This document shows, piece by piece, positions 14,658-27,102 of a stretch of DNA of 64,000 bases; positions within the stretch are counted from its first letter, which is position 1; every line of letters begins with the position of its first letter. The notes below the pieces were generated by a model that saw only the letters and a list, made by a program, of their open reading frames with translations, ran no database searches and was not told where the DNA came from. Source of the stretch: Geosiphon pyriformis uo1 (taxonomy: Eukaryota > Fungi > Glomeromycota). Where the stretch lies: assembly GCA_016748015.1 (NCBI GenBank), contig JAAOMT010000708.1:1-64000 (forward strand), written 5' to 3'. Position numbers and translations under genes: made by a program.

Positions 14658-15635
14658 TGTTACCAGAGGTTTTTGGTCTCCTTTCTTGAATGTTGTTGAT
14701 GCCTGTTTGCTGTGAATTCACGTTTTCTGAATGTGATTGAACCTCCAGTAACTGAATTTATCTTCAAATTATCTCCTATAATTTGAACTGCTAGGCTTAT
14801 AAGTGGAATGGTTAATTCCGTGCCAGTTGCTTTATGTAGTTATGTTGTAGTAAACGTCAACTTTTCCCAGAAATTGCTTGTCTGGAAGCTTACTAAAAAT
14901 ATGTAGTTACTTTGCTGTAAAAGTCAACTCTTCTACAGAAATTTTGTCTGTAAGCTACCCTAATGATTGTAATAAGAAAAGAAAAGAAAAAGAAAAGAAA
15001 TGTAAAAGAAATAGAATTCTGTCAAGGGAAACGTTTTCTATCCAGGCCTGGAGTTACTAACAGTTTATTGAAATTGGTAGCTAATCAATTTCAAAACATT
15101 AGTTGGGTTTTGAGGATTTTCCAAGTGTAATAATTAAAGAACTTGGTTTTTCAAATTATTTGATATTTATTTCTTTTTGTGTGTATAGGAATAGTTCTAA
15201 GTGATAAATCTAAAGTAAGATACATTTTTTTGGAGAGAGAAGCTTTTCTTTTATACAACTTGTCATAACACTATTCTATGAACTTGAACTTTGCTATTTT
15301 CTACAATTTCGCTGAACTAAAGATACATTTTGGCGAACTACAAGTTATTTTGGCGAACTATTAGATATTTCAGTGAACTATCAATTATTTTGGCAAATTT
15401 CTACAAATTTCGGCAAACTTTTGAATGTTATATAGTTTGGGGTATTGCATAATTGATCATCACAATTAGGTTACATTTGTGTTGTGTACAATTTGGTTTA
15501 TTAATTAAATGATAATTTTGAACATTTTTGCTAATGTAATAAGTAATAATTTGAAATGATAATATATGCTAATTAATGATAGGAATTATAAGATAATTTC
15601 ATGCTAAATAATATCTCTAATTTTGTCTGGTAACA
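14658..15635 (-). repeat. 3' LTR of B
   Basis: tgttacc...ggtaaca; direct repeat of 23542-24520. Confidence 0.95.
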
Positions 15636-15646
15636 TAACTTCCTCC

Positions 15647-16332
15647 TCAAAACTGAGCTTTATCAAAGTCCAAGTACTGTTTGTCATTTCCAGATAATAA
15701 TCCAAAATTATTGAAAAAATTTGGTCTGAAAATTGTTAAAATTTCAGTTCTGTAAGCTTTTCAATGTATTAAATCTTCAAAGGTTGAAAAATTGGGTTTT
15801 GTAGTACGTTTTCACAGATGTGGAATAGATCATAAAATCTAAGAGCAGCTCTGAGCCTGTAGCGACTGTTTATTGATCTAGCTGTTGTCTTGAATTCATT
15901 GTGGAGTTGTTTTTGAATAGCTTCTTTTGTGAGGTTTGCTGTTGTAAGTTCCAGTTTTCATTCATAGAGTGTTTTTCCAATGTGAAAATATCTATAGATT
16001 GGAGGATATTCAGTGTTTTCCTCATTGAGACACAGTTGAAGTTTTTGTTGAATTGTAGTATTTGGTGGAATACTAATCAGAATGAGCATTAGGTTTTCTC
16101 TTAAAGCAAGCTTTAAAAGTTCTGGCAGGTGAATTCCAGTATAGCTTCTTGTGTTCTTCTTATATGGGTAATATTTTTGTGAATTTGGGGCTAAATTTGT
16201 AACTACTTCTGTTTGGATATAATTAATGTGGTTTTCAGTAACAGTAATGGATAATTCGGGTATTGTTTTTAAAGCTAACATTAGTTTTTGGGATAATTGT
16301 TGAATGTTTTGAGGAATAGTTATTATAAGCAA
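15647..16332 (-). pseudogene. B ORF3 (divergent homologue of family-A ORF3)
   Basis: Frame 15958-16332 continues through decay stops to AALRFYDLF..VLQNP..KLTELKFQQFSDQIFSIILD, which aligns by eye with A ORF3 AQVIYWLY..ILLNP..KMTNAQFEELQTKITQIILE. Start and end are uncertain. Confidence 0.6.
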
Positions 16333-16444
16333 TTTGAAATAAAAGAAAATTATTTTTGGTGTATGGATTTTTATGTGATTTTTGTTTTGTTTTTGTAAGA
16401 TTGTTTCTAAATTATAAGAAGATAACTATAATAATAAATTTAAA

Positions 16445-17830
16445 TTAAGTGTTCAAGTTGGGAGGCTGTTCAATGACAACTATTGGTTCTAAATTTTGGG
16501 AAATGTTTTTGGGATTGATTAAAAGGAAATGTGTACCAATTTGTGGAATTAATGGTTCAGAATTGTTTCTGGAATTATAGTGTTTCAAATGATCTCCATG
16601 TGCAACTTTTGCTAGAATTTTGTTATCAAGTCTTAGCTTGTATGATCTATTGCCTAAAACTTCATGAATAAAGAATGGTCCATCCTATTTATTCTCAAAT
16701 TTTCTACTTTATTGTTTTTCAGCTTTAGTTCTGTGTAAGAGAACTTTGTTTCCAATTTTAAATTCATTGGTGATTAGAGGCAATTTGTCATCATGTCGTT
16801 CTTTTTATTGAGCTTGGGAGTGTTTAATATGGGTGGCTGCTATTCGTCGTTTTCTTTCCAATGTGCTAAGCAGAGTGTAGGCTCTTTACTAAAGCATTTC
16901 TTGGAAATTGTTTTCATCAATTGGTTGTGCTGAGTATGTTTCCACTGTGAAACTAATTGGTAATATTGCTGTCCTTCCATAAGTTAAATCAAATGATATG
17001 TTTTTCATGGTATCTTGTTTTAGTGTCTTATATGCTAGTAACACTGATGGAATGAAGAGATCCCATTCTTGCTCAAAATCAGTTGAAACTTTGGCTAATG
17101 ATTCACACAATGTTCTGTTGAACCGTTCTACAAGTCTATTTGTTTGTGGATGGTAGGATAAAAATAATGGTCTCTTGACATTAAATCGTCCACAAATTTC
17201 CTGGATTAAATTGTTCACAAAATGTGTTTCTTGATCAGATAAAAGTTCTATTAGGCATCTATGTCTACAAATAATGTCTTCATAGATGAAGTTTGCTACT
17301 GATTTTGCATCTGCCCATTGAATGGCTCTGGCTTCAGACCATTTGGTGAGATAATCTACAGCTACTGCAATATAACGGTTTTCTTGGTTTGTGATAGGTA
17401 GTGGTCCAATTAAATTGATACCAACTCTGTCAAAAGGCTGTCCAACTTTGATTAGGTTTAAAGGTTCTGTAGGGCAAGTTTCTCTTCTTCTTTGACAACT
17501 ATCACAAGATTCGACATATTTGTGAATGTTTTTTTTCATTCAAGGCCAAAAGTAGTATTTTAGTGTTTTTTGGATGGTGCTGTCTTTTCCGAAGTGGGCT
17601 GATGAAAGATCTGAGTGCATGTTGTATAATATAGTCTCTTTTTCCTATTCTTGTATTAATCTGAGTGATTTGTCTGGGTTTTTGAAATTTTGATGATAAA
17701 TAATGTTGTTGTGTAGAAAATATTGTTTGGCTTGTTGTTGTAGTCAATGTTTTTTATCTGGAGACCAATCTGTTGGGATTGTTAATGTTTCCAAATATTG
17801 TTTGAGATTGTTGTAGTTTTCCGAATTCAT
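16445..17830 (-). pseudogene. B integrase, stand-alone ORF (462 codons)
   Basis: ATG at 17830 (MNSENYNNLKQYL), HHCC region, rve core (16889-17539), DGPFFI motif, ends LEPIVVIEQPPNLNT*. Confidence 0.9.
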
Positions 17831-17882
17831 TGTTTGTTGGCTCTTTTGGTTGGTTAAGTTGAGTGTTGGTTTTTGTGTTTTT

Positions 17883-20800
17883 CTAATCTTGTCTCATTCT
17901 GGAAAGACAGTCAACATTGGTGTGGAGTTTTCCTGGTTTGTGATGTATTATGTATTGATAGTTTGCTAGAAATTCTGTCCATTGGATTTGTTTTGCATTC
18001 AGCTGAATATTTTTGTTCTGAAGCCATTTGAGTCCAATATTATCAGTAATAATATCAAATTTTTTAGGCCTGAAATAAAGGTTGAAGTGGTGTAGGGCCC
18101 AAATTACAGCTGCTGTTTCTAGTTTTGTGACAGGGTAGTTTTTCTCAGCTGGTTTTAATGTTCTGCTAGCATAAGCAATTACTCACTCATTTCCATTGTT
18201 ATCTAGTTGTGATAAGATGGCACCAAAGACAGTATACAAAGCATCTGTAGCTAGTCGAAATCGGTTGCTGAAATCTGGGTAGGCAAGAATTGGGGCTGTT
18301 GTCAGTTTTTCCTTGAGAATTTCAAAAGCTTTTTGGTGTTCGGTAGTCCATTTGTATTCAACATTTTTGGTGGTGAGCTGGTTGAGAGGTTTTGCAATTT
18401 CCGAAAATCTTTTGATAAACTTCCGATAGTAGGATGCTAATCCTATGAATTCTCTTAGTTCTGTAGTGTTTCGAGGAGTTTTGAAATTTTTGACAACGCT
18501 GATTTTTCCAGGGTCTGGTTTGATTTCATCTTTACTAATGATATGACTAAGGAAAACCAGGCTTGTTTTTCCAAAGTAGCATTTTTTGATATTGAGTTTT
18601 AATCCTGCTTTTCGTAATTGTTGAAAAATTTCTTACAGGTGTTTTAAGTGTAATTTGAATGATGGAGAATAAACATCAGTATTGTCAAGATAAATGACTA
18701 CTGACTTCCAAAGAAGTCCTTGGTACACAACATCCATTAATCTCTGAAATGTTGCTGGTGCATTGCATAATTCGAAAGACATTATATTGAACTCGTAATT
18801 TCCGCCTTGGGTGGTAAATGCTGTTTTGGGGCAATCTTTGGGATCCATAACAACTTGCCAGTAACCGCTTTCTAAATCTAGTGTTGAAAAGTATTGGGAT
18901 TTTCCAAGAGCATCTAACATGTCATCAATCTGGGGAAGGGGGTAGGCATCTCCAATTGTAACACTGTTGAGTTGTTGATAGTCAACACAGAATCGGATCT
19001 TTCTATTTTTCTTTTTAATTAGCACTATAGATGAAGCCCAAGGACTCATGGAGGGTTGGATGAGCCCATTGTTAAGCATTTGTTGTACTTCTTCTCAAAT
19101 GAATTGGTGGCTTTCTGGAACAACTCGATATGCTTGTTGTCTTCTGGGTTTGGCATCTCCTGTATAAATTTGGTGTTGGACCAAATTGGTTCTTCCTAAG
19201 TCATTGTTGTTTTCAGTGAAGATATCGGCAAATTCTACAATTAGTTCTTTGAGCTGGGTCTGTTGTTGTGGTTCAAGTTGTCCCATGTTAATTCGAGATA
19301 GTTTTTCTATGACAATATGATAGTTTTTGGAGCTGGGGTTTGGGTTGATTTTTGGTAGTGAATGTCCAATAATTTCATAGAAATCGGGGACTGTTTGGGG
19401 TAATTCTTGTTGAAATATATTACTGTGAATAACTCCAATTTCTAAATTATTTAATAAAATTATGGAATAATTATTGGGGTTGTAAAAAGTAACTCGGACT
19501 TTTTTTTGTTCCTTTTGGAATATAAATGTTTGGGATTGAAATATTATGTTCCAAGCAGACTTGTTCATTGGACTCAAAAATTTGTTGTGTGGTTGTTGGC
19601 TTTGGGCAGGTGTAGATTTCTGGATGTTCTTCAAAGGGTGAGATGGTAATTGGTTGTGGAAGTCTGAGAATCTGGTGGGATTTGTTCTGTGTGTTAAGAG
19701 CTATATTAACTGGAACTGTGAATTGTTCAGTTAAATCAAACTCTTGGGTTCCTCTATCATTTTTTCCTAATTGTTCTCTTTGATTGACTAGTTGCAAACC
19801 CAAAATGTTAATTAAGGGTAGGTAAATAGCTTGGGCAATTTTTTCAGCATGTTCGATCCTGAATGGTTTGTTAGTTTCATTTTGAAGCATCACTGTAATG
19901 TCTCCAGTATATCCAGCATCAATTATTCCTCTTCTGACATTGATTCCTTTGCTTGCCAGAAAGGACCGGGAGGTGATTTGAACTATTGCTCTTGGCAGGA
20001 TTTCGAGTGCAATTTTGAGATTGATTTTTGTGAGAGATTTGGGTTTGAGAACAAGAGTATCCTTGTCTGGATATCTTAGGTCATATTCAGCATCAATTTC
20101 GTGTGCTTTTTCAGATTTTATTCTTTGTCCATTATTGTTAAAGTATTTAAGTTGTAAGGCAGGCTGATTTTTGATAAGATAGATAGGTGTTGTTTCAATT
20201 TTTTTTATTGTTTCAAGTTCTCCAAATTCAATTTTGTTCTCATCATTTTCGCTGGGCAAGGGGATATTAAGAGCATAGCATTCAAGACACCACTGTTCAT
20301 CACAAGGCATAATGCATTCTTCACATAGCCTAATGTTCATTTGCTTTAATCATTGAATTTGAGCTTCTTGGATTAGGTAAGTGTAACTTGTAATTTGGTA
20401 GTAGACTTCTATTTCATCTTCGTAATCAAATCCAGCTAATTCCATGGTGTATTCAATGTATTCTGCTTCCTTCATTTGACGAACATTTTCTTTGGTAGCT
20501 CCATTAATTAATGCCATTGCTAGGTCGAAAATCATCTCAGCATTATGGGGGTAGTAATAAAGTTTGTTGAGAGCACTGTTGTATGCTGCATTAAAGGGTG
20601 TTTCTCTTTTTACTTTTTCTGAAATTGATAAAGCATATTGGCAGGTCTGATTGCAAACTCCTCCTCTCATGGCTATATCAATCCAATTGCATTCTTCTGG
20701 TAGCATATTTCCACAAGTTAAACAAGGGGTGTTGTCCTATTTTCTGCTCCTTTTTATTAAATGGCCCTATCGTTCTCTATGGCAAGTCTTGCAGTAATAA

Positions 20801-23496
20801 CAAGTATGATTTTCATATTCTTCTTCAGGTGAAATGCAGGCTTCTATTGACAATAGTTTCTTGTGGCAGTCCTTACATTTAAGAGGAATATAGGGGCATT
20901 GTTTTCTTGGTTCGGGTTTTGAGTAAAGGATATTCCATCCAGAGGTTTTGGGTTCAAAGTGTGGGGTAAAATGTTCTTGTTCTGTTTCATCGGCCCAGTT
21001 GGACATTGATCCAAGAGCCATGAATGTTTCAATGAGAGGTTTTTCCTCTTCCGGTTTGAATTCAAAAGCTGGGGCTTTTTCAGAGCATTTGTTGAATGTA
21101 CCACAAGTGGCAGGTACCCGGGCATGTTGTCCTTGGTAAGAGATTGTTAACTCTTGTGTTTCCCAATTCAGATTAGCATTGGCTTTTTGAAGCCAATCAT
21201 TTCTGACAAAAGCTTGGTACTGGAGTGTATTCATTACAAAGAACTTTGACTGGAATGGTGATTCCATCAAGAGTGAATGGAAAATTGTTAATTTCTCCTA
21301 CTGGGGTCTTTTTCATGCCATCGGCAGTAATGATTACTGTTTGAGCTGGTTGGTCAACATTTCTCTTTAACTGTTGCATTAACTGGTAGGTGATAATACT
21401 TTCGGCAGATCTACTGTCTAGGATCAAGCGAATTGTTTTTCCTTTGACTTCTGCTTCAGTGTATATAGTCGTGATTGCTTTTTGTTTATTGGCAGCTGTA
21501 TTGCTAAGCAGGAATGGTGACTTATTTGCTTCGAACTCAAAAGGGAATATATCTGAAAGGTTAGCATTTTCAGCAATTCTGGCTGGTGGGATTGTGGTGA
21601 GAATATAGGAAGGGTTTTGTTGTTGTGCTGCAGCTCTACCTTCCAAGGGTGCAGTATAGTGAAAATCCTGTTCTTTTGGTATTGTTAAATAACTGAATTG
21701 AGTGTGGTAGTGGTTGGATCTTGGTTGAGTAGAACTTTGGGGAACCAATTGGTTGTTCGAACTGATTCTATTGTTGTTTACTTGGTATCGGTTTTGTGGT
21801 GTGAATTGATTTTGTGTAATCAGTCTTTGAGCAGGTACTTGATAATGTTGTGTGAGTGGTTGTTGGTATTGCTGTTAGATTGGCTGTGGGACGGGTTGAT
21901 AATAGTTATTTTGGTATTGGGGTCTTGGTGGATAATAAGCTGATGGTGGTGGTTGATAATAAGATTGCTGTGGTGGAGGGTAACATTAATTACTCCTATT
22001 TTGTTGGTCTCATTATAGCTTTCTGCAATATCTTTTCCAGTGGCCAAAGATTCTACAGTAATGGCAATTCTGAGGCTGGTTATTAGAAAGTGGTGCAAAG
22101 TTATTTTGATTTCGTCTTTGGGATGGTTGATATCTTTGGGGTTGCTGTTGTTGTTGATTGGTAAAATAGTTTTCAACCTTCTTTGTAAGTTGGTCAATTT
22201 TTTCCTTAGCTGCTGAGCTGGTTTCTCCAATTGCCAAATTTACAAGTTTTGTGCAATTGGCCTCTTCTATGGCCATTTCGTATCTTTTCACATGCTGTAT
22301 AGCAGAATTTAAATCTTCTGGCACATGTGGGCGAACCTTTTTAATTAGTTTATCTTTTAGACCAGCAATAAATTGATCCAAGATTTGAGCATCAGAATAA
22401 TAATTTTTTGTTTCAAGTTGGCAAATTTGTCTGAGAAGTTTGTTGAATTTCCCAATATAAGTCATAATAGATTCGGAGGGTTCTTGTTTGATATTTTGAA
22501 AACAATTGCAAAGGGTGATGGAGGTATTATTGTCAGTAAACTGTTTAAGGAAGGCTGCTTTGAAAGTGTTCCAATCATTGAATGGGGCAGCCAAGTTTTT
22601 AAACCATTCTCCTGCTGTTTCTTTGAGAAAGTAGGGAATTGTTCTTAACATTCTGGCAGCATTCCATCCATTTGCATCTCCAGCTTTAGTAACTTGGTCG
22701 AGCCATTCTTAGGGACTGGTCTCAATATCTTTTCTATTAAATTCAGGGATTTTTGTGATGTCATTTTGTCTTTTTTGTTTTTACTGTCTATTGATTCTTC
22801 TTCAGTTATTTCAGAGTCATTTTCTTTGTTTGCTGCTGTCTCAGAGTGTTCACTTTGATTTTCAGCTAGAAAATCAAGGAGATTAGAACTAGTTTGAAAG
22901 AGTTTTTGTTGTCTAGTGGGACTTCTAAGTGATGTAAAATCTTCTGGTTTTGTAAATCAATTCAAGAGTGAATTAGATGTTTGTGCTTGTGCAAGTGAAG
23001 CTGGAAAAGGTGTGATAGTAAGTGGAAATTTTGAACTGGTTCCTTGTTCAGGTGTTTGTAAATGTTTGGCAGTTGTTTTCGGTAGTGTTGGAGTATTTGG
23101 GATGGTTCTTGAGTATTGCTTCAATTTGTTTTTGCCTTTGTTGCTTGTTTCTGTTTCCAATTCAAAATCCATAGTATATTGAGACTGCACTGGATATGTT
23201 TTTTCACAGTATTTGATAATGTTAAAATTAAGTTCGTAAAAGTAAGTGGCAAGTGTTTCACTGTTAAGGTCTTCAGTTCCCAACTATAAATAGTGTGCTA
23301 AATTATTGTAAAGGTTGCTTCTAACTTCTGAGATATTGTAATTTCCAAAAAGATAATTGTTGATGCGGTTTTTAATGTATTGGTATACTGATTTCTTAAC
23401 AACTTCAATTCCGTCTGGAATGTTGAATCTTTGCTTGCAGTGGGTGTAAATTGACTGGTAATACTCTAGAGTTGTTGTGTCTGGTGTGGTCGCCAC
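17883..23496 (-). pseudogene. B polyprotein: N-terminal domain-Gag-PR-Cys-rich-dUTPase-RT-RNase H
   Basis: Gag plus CHYCRIFGHWKRYC (22013-22651), protease LILDSRSA, dUTPase (~19730-20150, DAEYDLRYP..GIIDAGYTG..IAQ..RGTQEF), RT 18633-19079, RNase H ending DCLSRMRQD* (TAG 17883-17885). Confidence 0.88.
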
Positions 23497-23527
23497 TTTG
23501 AAGTTGTTTTTGCTGTGTTGTTTCTGT

Positions 23528-23539
23528 GGGAGAGCACCA
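23528..23539 (-). promoter_or_regulatory. Primer-binding site of B (TGGTGCTCTCCC)
   Basis: TGG start 2 nt after the 5' LTR; complementary to a tRNA ending ..GAGAGCACCA. Confidence 0.8.
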
Positions 23540-23541
23540 AA

Positions 23542-24520
23542 TATTACCGGAGGTTTTTGGTCTCCTTTTTTAAATGTTGTCAATGCTTGTTTGCTGTGAA
23601 TTCACATTTTCTGGATGTGGTTGAACCTCCAGTAACTGAATTTATCTTCAAATTATCTTCTATAATTTGAACTGCTGGGTTTATAAGTGGAATGGCCAAT
23701 TCCATACCAGTTGCTTTATGTAGTTACGTTGTAGTAAATGTCAACTCTTTCCCAGAAATTGCTCGTCTGGAAGCTTACTAAAAATATGTAGTTACTTTGC
23801 TGTAAAAGTCAACTCTTCTACAGGAATTTCGTCTGTAGGCTACCCTAATGATTGTAATAAGAGAAGAAAAGAAAAATAAAAGAAATGTAAAAGAAATAGA
23901 ATTCTGTCAAGGGAAATGTTTTCTATTCAGGTCTGGAGTCACTAACAGTTTATTGAAATTGGTAGCTAATCAATTTCAAAACGTTAGTTGGGTTTTGAGG
24001 ATTTTCCAAGTGTAATAATTAAAGAACTTGGTTTTTCAAATTATTTGATATTTATTTCTTTTTGTGTGTATAGGAATGGTTCTAAGTGTTAAATCTAAAA
24101 TAAGATACATTTTCTCAGAGAGAGAAGCTTTTCTTTTATACAACTTGTCATAACACTATTCTATGAACTTGAACTTTGCTATTTTCTACAATTTTGCTGA
24201 ACTAAAGATACATTTCGGCAAACTACAAGTTATTTCTATGAACTATTAGATATTTTGGTGAACTATCAATTATTTCGGCAAATTTCTACAAATTTCGGCA
24301 AACTTTTGAATATTACATAGTTCGGAGTATTGCATGATTGATTATCGCAATTAGGTTACATTTGTGTTGTGTACAATTTGGTTTATTAATTAAATGATAA
24401 TTTCGGACATTTTTGCTAATGTAATAAGTGATAATTTGAAATGATAATATATGCTAATTAATGATAGGAATTATAAAATAATTTCATGCTAAATAATATC
24501 TCTAATTTTATTTGGTAATA
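23542..24520 (-). repeat. 5' LTR of B
   Basis: Repeat of 14658-15635; termini mutated TG>TA and CA>TA. Confidence 0.95.
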
Positions 24521-24524
24521 CCGT

Positions 24525-25065
24525 ATGGTTCTAATAACTCCACTTTTTTTTGTTTACTTTGGAATGGGATTTGTTCAAATGTTAATGTCGCATTTGGTGT
24601 GGATGCACCTGCCAATAAAATATTGATAGTGCTTCCGGGTGTGTGATGATATAATAGATATGGTGAAGATTCAATTCTTTGTTTCTTCCAGGTTGGTAGT
24701 TGTATCTCTTTAAGTATTACTGCTGGTGTTTGTAACTTTCCTTTGCCTTTATCTGTATAGGTAATAGGAAATTGTTGTTGAGTGTATTTTTCAATAGTTT
24801 GGTTGATTTCTCTTATTATTGGTGCGAAACTGTAGTTCCTTGGTAAGTTGGTGTGTTGAAATAATTCTGTGTAAAAGTTTTCTCTTGCTGCTTTAATGTT
24901 AACTGTTTCTTCTAAGCATTCAGTAATTTTGTCATTGACATAGAAGTTGAAGGCTGATTCAGCTGGGTAATGATTACTGTTTAATCTTAATTGTTGGCTG
25001 TATTGTTGAAACAAGAATTTCACAAACCCTAAATGGTTTGTTCCTATATTTTCTAATTCTGCCAC
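24525..25065 (-). pseudogene. A1 N-terminal pre-Gag domain (ORF0)
   Basis: Homologous to A3 47602-48174 (VAELENI..NHLGF..ESAFNFY..NLP.N..F..II.EIN). Confidence 0.8.
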
Positions 25066-25108
25066 TTTTGGTTTGTTCTTGTTGGTGCTAGTTCTCTGTA
25101 AGATTATA

Positions 25109-25125
25109 CTTCACAGGAAGCACCA
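25109..25125 (-). promoter_or_regulatory. Primer-binding site of A1 (TGGTGCTTCCTGTGAAG)
   Basis: 2 nt after the 5' LTR; similar to the A3 PBS. Confidence 0.8.
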
Positions 25126-25127
25126 AA

Positions 25128-26052
25128 TGTTACAGGTGATTCTTTGGATGTCAAGTGAATAACCAACCCATAACTTGGTCTTCAAGGCAATTGGTAATGA
25201 TAATAATCTGAAGGTATTTTATCTGAAGGTTTTCCAATTGAGTTCTTTGTATAATAGACAGAGATTCAATGACAACAGTTTATCAGTAGTTTTCTGAAAC
25301 TGTAGTTTCGTCAATTGTTTGCTCAGCTTGATGGTTGATAATTCTTCTGGTATGATATCCTCCATAAGTGTATACCAATGCTGTTTCTTAATGTCAGTTC
25401 TTCTATAAGTCCTCCAAGAGTAAGTATTGTTTAAACAAGTTTATTCCTTTATAAGTCTTCCAAGAGTAAGTATTTTTAAGTAAGTTTTATTCCTTCATAA
25501 GTCCTCCAAGAGTAAATCCTTTAATCAAGTTAGTAGACAACAAAGAAAATAAAGAAAGATAAAAGAGAAAATAAGAAATAAGCCAATGTAATTTGTAAGT
25601 TAGTATTCCGTCAATAGCCATGATCAAGAGCTATTGTTCTAGTATAATTAAGTATCAGTTACTATCAACATGAAGCATTAATAGTGAAGAATGAATTTAA
25701 TATAGTGAATAATTATTTATTTGAGGATTGTAATAGCTAAGCTAAATATTCTTGGTATCAATTCTGTCTTTTCTGCTTTTAAAACTACTGCTATATATAC
25801 ATATTTGAGATTCCTCAATTTCTCAATTCCTTGTGACAGAAATCCTGGAATTCTTAGAATTCTGCAATTCCTAATAAGAGGAATCCTGGAATTCTGGAAT
25901 CCTGCGATTTCTTGTCGGAGAATCCTAAAATTCCTAGAATTCTGCAATTCCTTTAAGAGAAATCTTGGAATTCCACATTTACTATGTCTACATCTGATTG
26001 GTTAATATCTACTGACTAACAATACTATATCTCCTATATTCTATGAATAACA
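25128..26052 (-). repeat. 5' LTR of A1
   Basis: tgttacagg...ataaca; shares the triple aagtcctccaagagtaa repeat with 5927-6836. Confidence 0.92.
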
Positions 26053-26296
26053 ACAGTTACCAAAGACTGTTTTTTATTATTACTAGTTAAAAAAAAAGCT
26101 TTTAAGATATTTTGCTTAATTGTTTCTATAACAAAAAGAACTTTTCTGGTTAAAAATTTATAAGATACCAAAAAAAAATATTAGTTGTAGCTTTTTTACT
26201 CTTTGTTCTATTTATAAAAAGTTTTTATTATTATTTTTATTGTTATTTACTTATTAATAAAATTATTAATTATTATTTTATTAATACTATTATTGT

Positions 26297-27098
26297 TGTT
26301 ATAAGTGATTATTTGGAGTATTAAAACAAATAACAAACTCATAACTTGGTATTCAATAGCTGATAATGTTGGTAATATTTAAAGGTTTTAGTTGAGTTCT
26401 TTGTATAATGAACAAAGATTCAATTGTTAATTTTTTTTGTTAATTTTTTTCTTTAACATAGTGACTGGTTTAATCTAATAGCCATGCCTTTCTGATAAGT
26501 TATTCTTAAATTTCTACTTTTATTTTTGGGTTTTTTACCAGACTATTCTTAATATCAAATACTTAGTACTTAATTCCTTTAATCAATTTTTAAACAACAA
26601 AAAAATAAAACAAAAGAAAAATAAAAAAAAGAAAAGAAAAAGAAAAAAGAAAATAAGAAATTAGTATTCCATCAATAGTTATAATCAAAAGTTATTGGTC
26701 CAGTGTAATTAAGTGTTAAATTTTATTAACATAAAGTATTGATAGTGAATAAGTGATTAATATTCTTAATTAAGCAATAATAACATAAATTAGATAATAA
26801 TTAGATATTTATTTAATATTAATGTGTTTTCACTTTAAGTTATAGAAAATTATCTTTTAAAAAAAAAGTATTGGAATTCTGAACTCTATCAAATTTTGAA
26901 TACTTTTTGCTTTTAATATTCTTATTATATATACATAATTTGTGTTATATGAGATTCTTAAAGAATTTTACAATTCCTTAAAAAAATTCTAAAATTCTAT
27001 AATTTCTTAAGAGAATTCTGGAATTTTCTATTTTACTATGTCTATTTTTAATTGGTTATTTTATCTATTATTATAATTCTTACTTTTTATGAATAATA
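26297..27098 (-). repeat. Eroded solo LTR with TTGT target duplication
   Basis: tgttataagtgattattt...tatgaataata resembles the reverse complement of the A3-type LTR. TTGT at 26293-26296 and 27099-27102. Confidence 0.75.
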
Positions 27099-27102
27099 TT
27101 GT

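Larger units (their letters stand above)
14658..24520 (-). mobile_element. Ty3/Gypsy LTR retrotransposon B (full length, nested in A1; TSD CCGT)
   Basis: LTRs 14658-15635 and 23542-24520. CCGT at 14654-14657 and 24521-24524. Excising B restores the A1 frame ELLEPYGKYFEGFK (cf. A3 ELLGPYSKYFEGFK). PBS 23528-23539, PPT ~15636-15650. Confidence 0.95.
5927..26052 (-). mobile_element. Ty3/Gypsy LTR retrotransposon A1 (decayed; interrupted by element B)
   Basis: Similar LTRs at 5927-6836 and 25128-26052, PBS 25109-25125, PPT 6837-6852. Gag, DSG protease, dUTPase, RT, RNase H and integrase occur in Gypsy order. The flanking 4-mers do not match. Confidence 0.9.
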
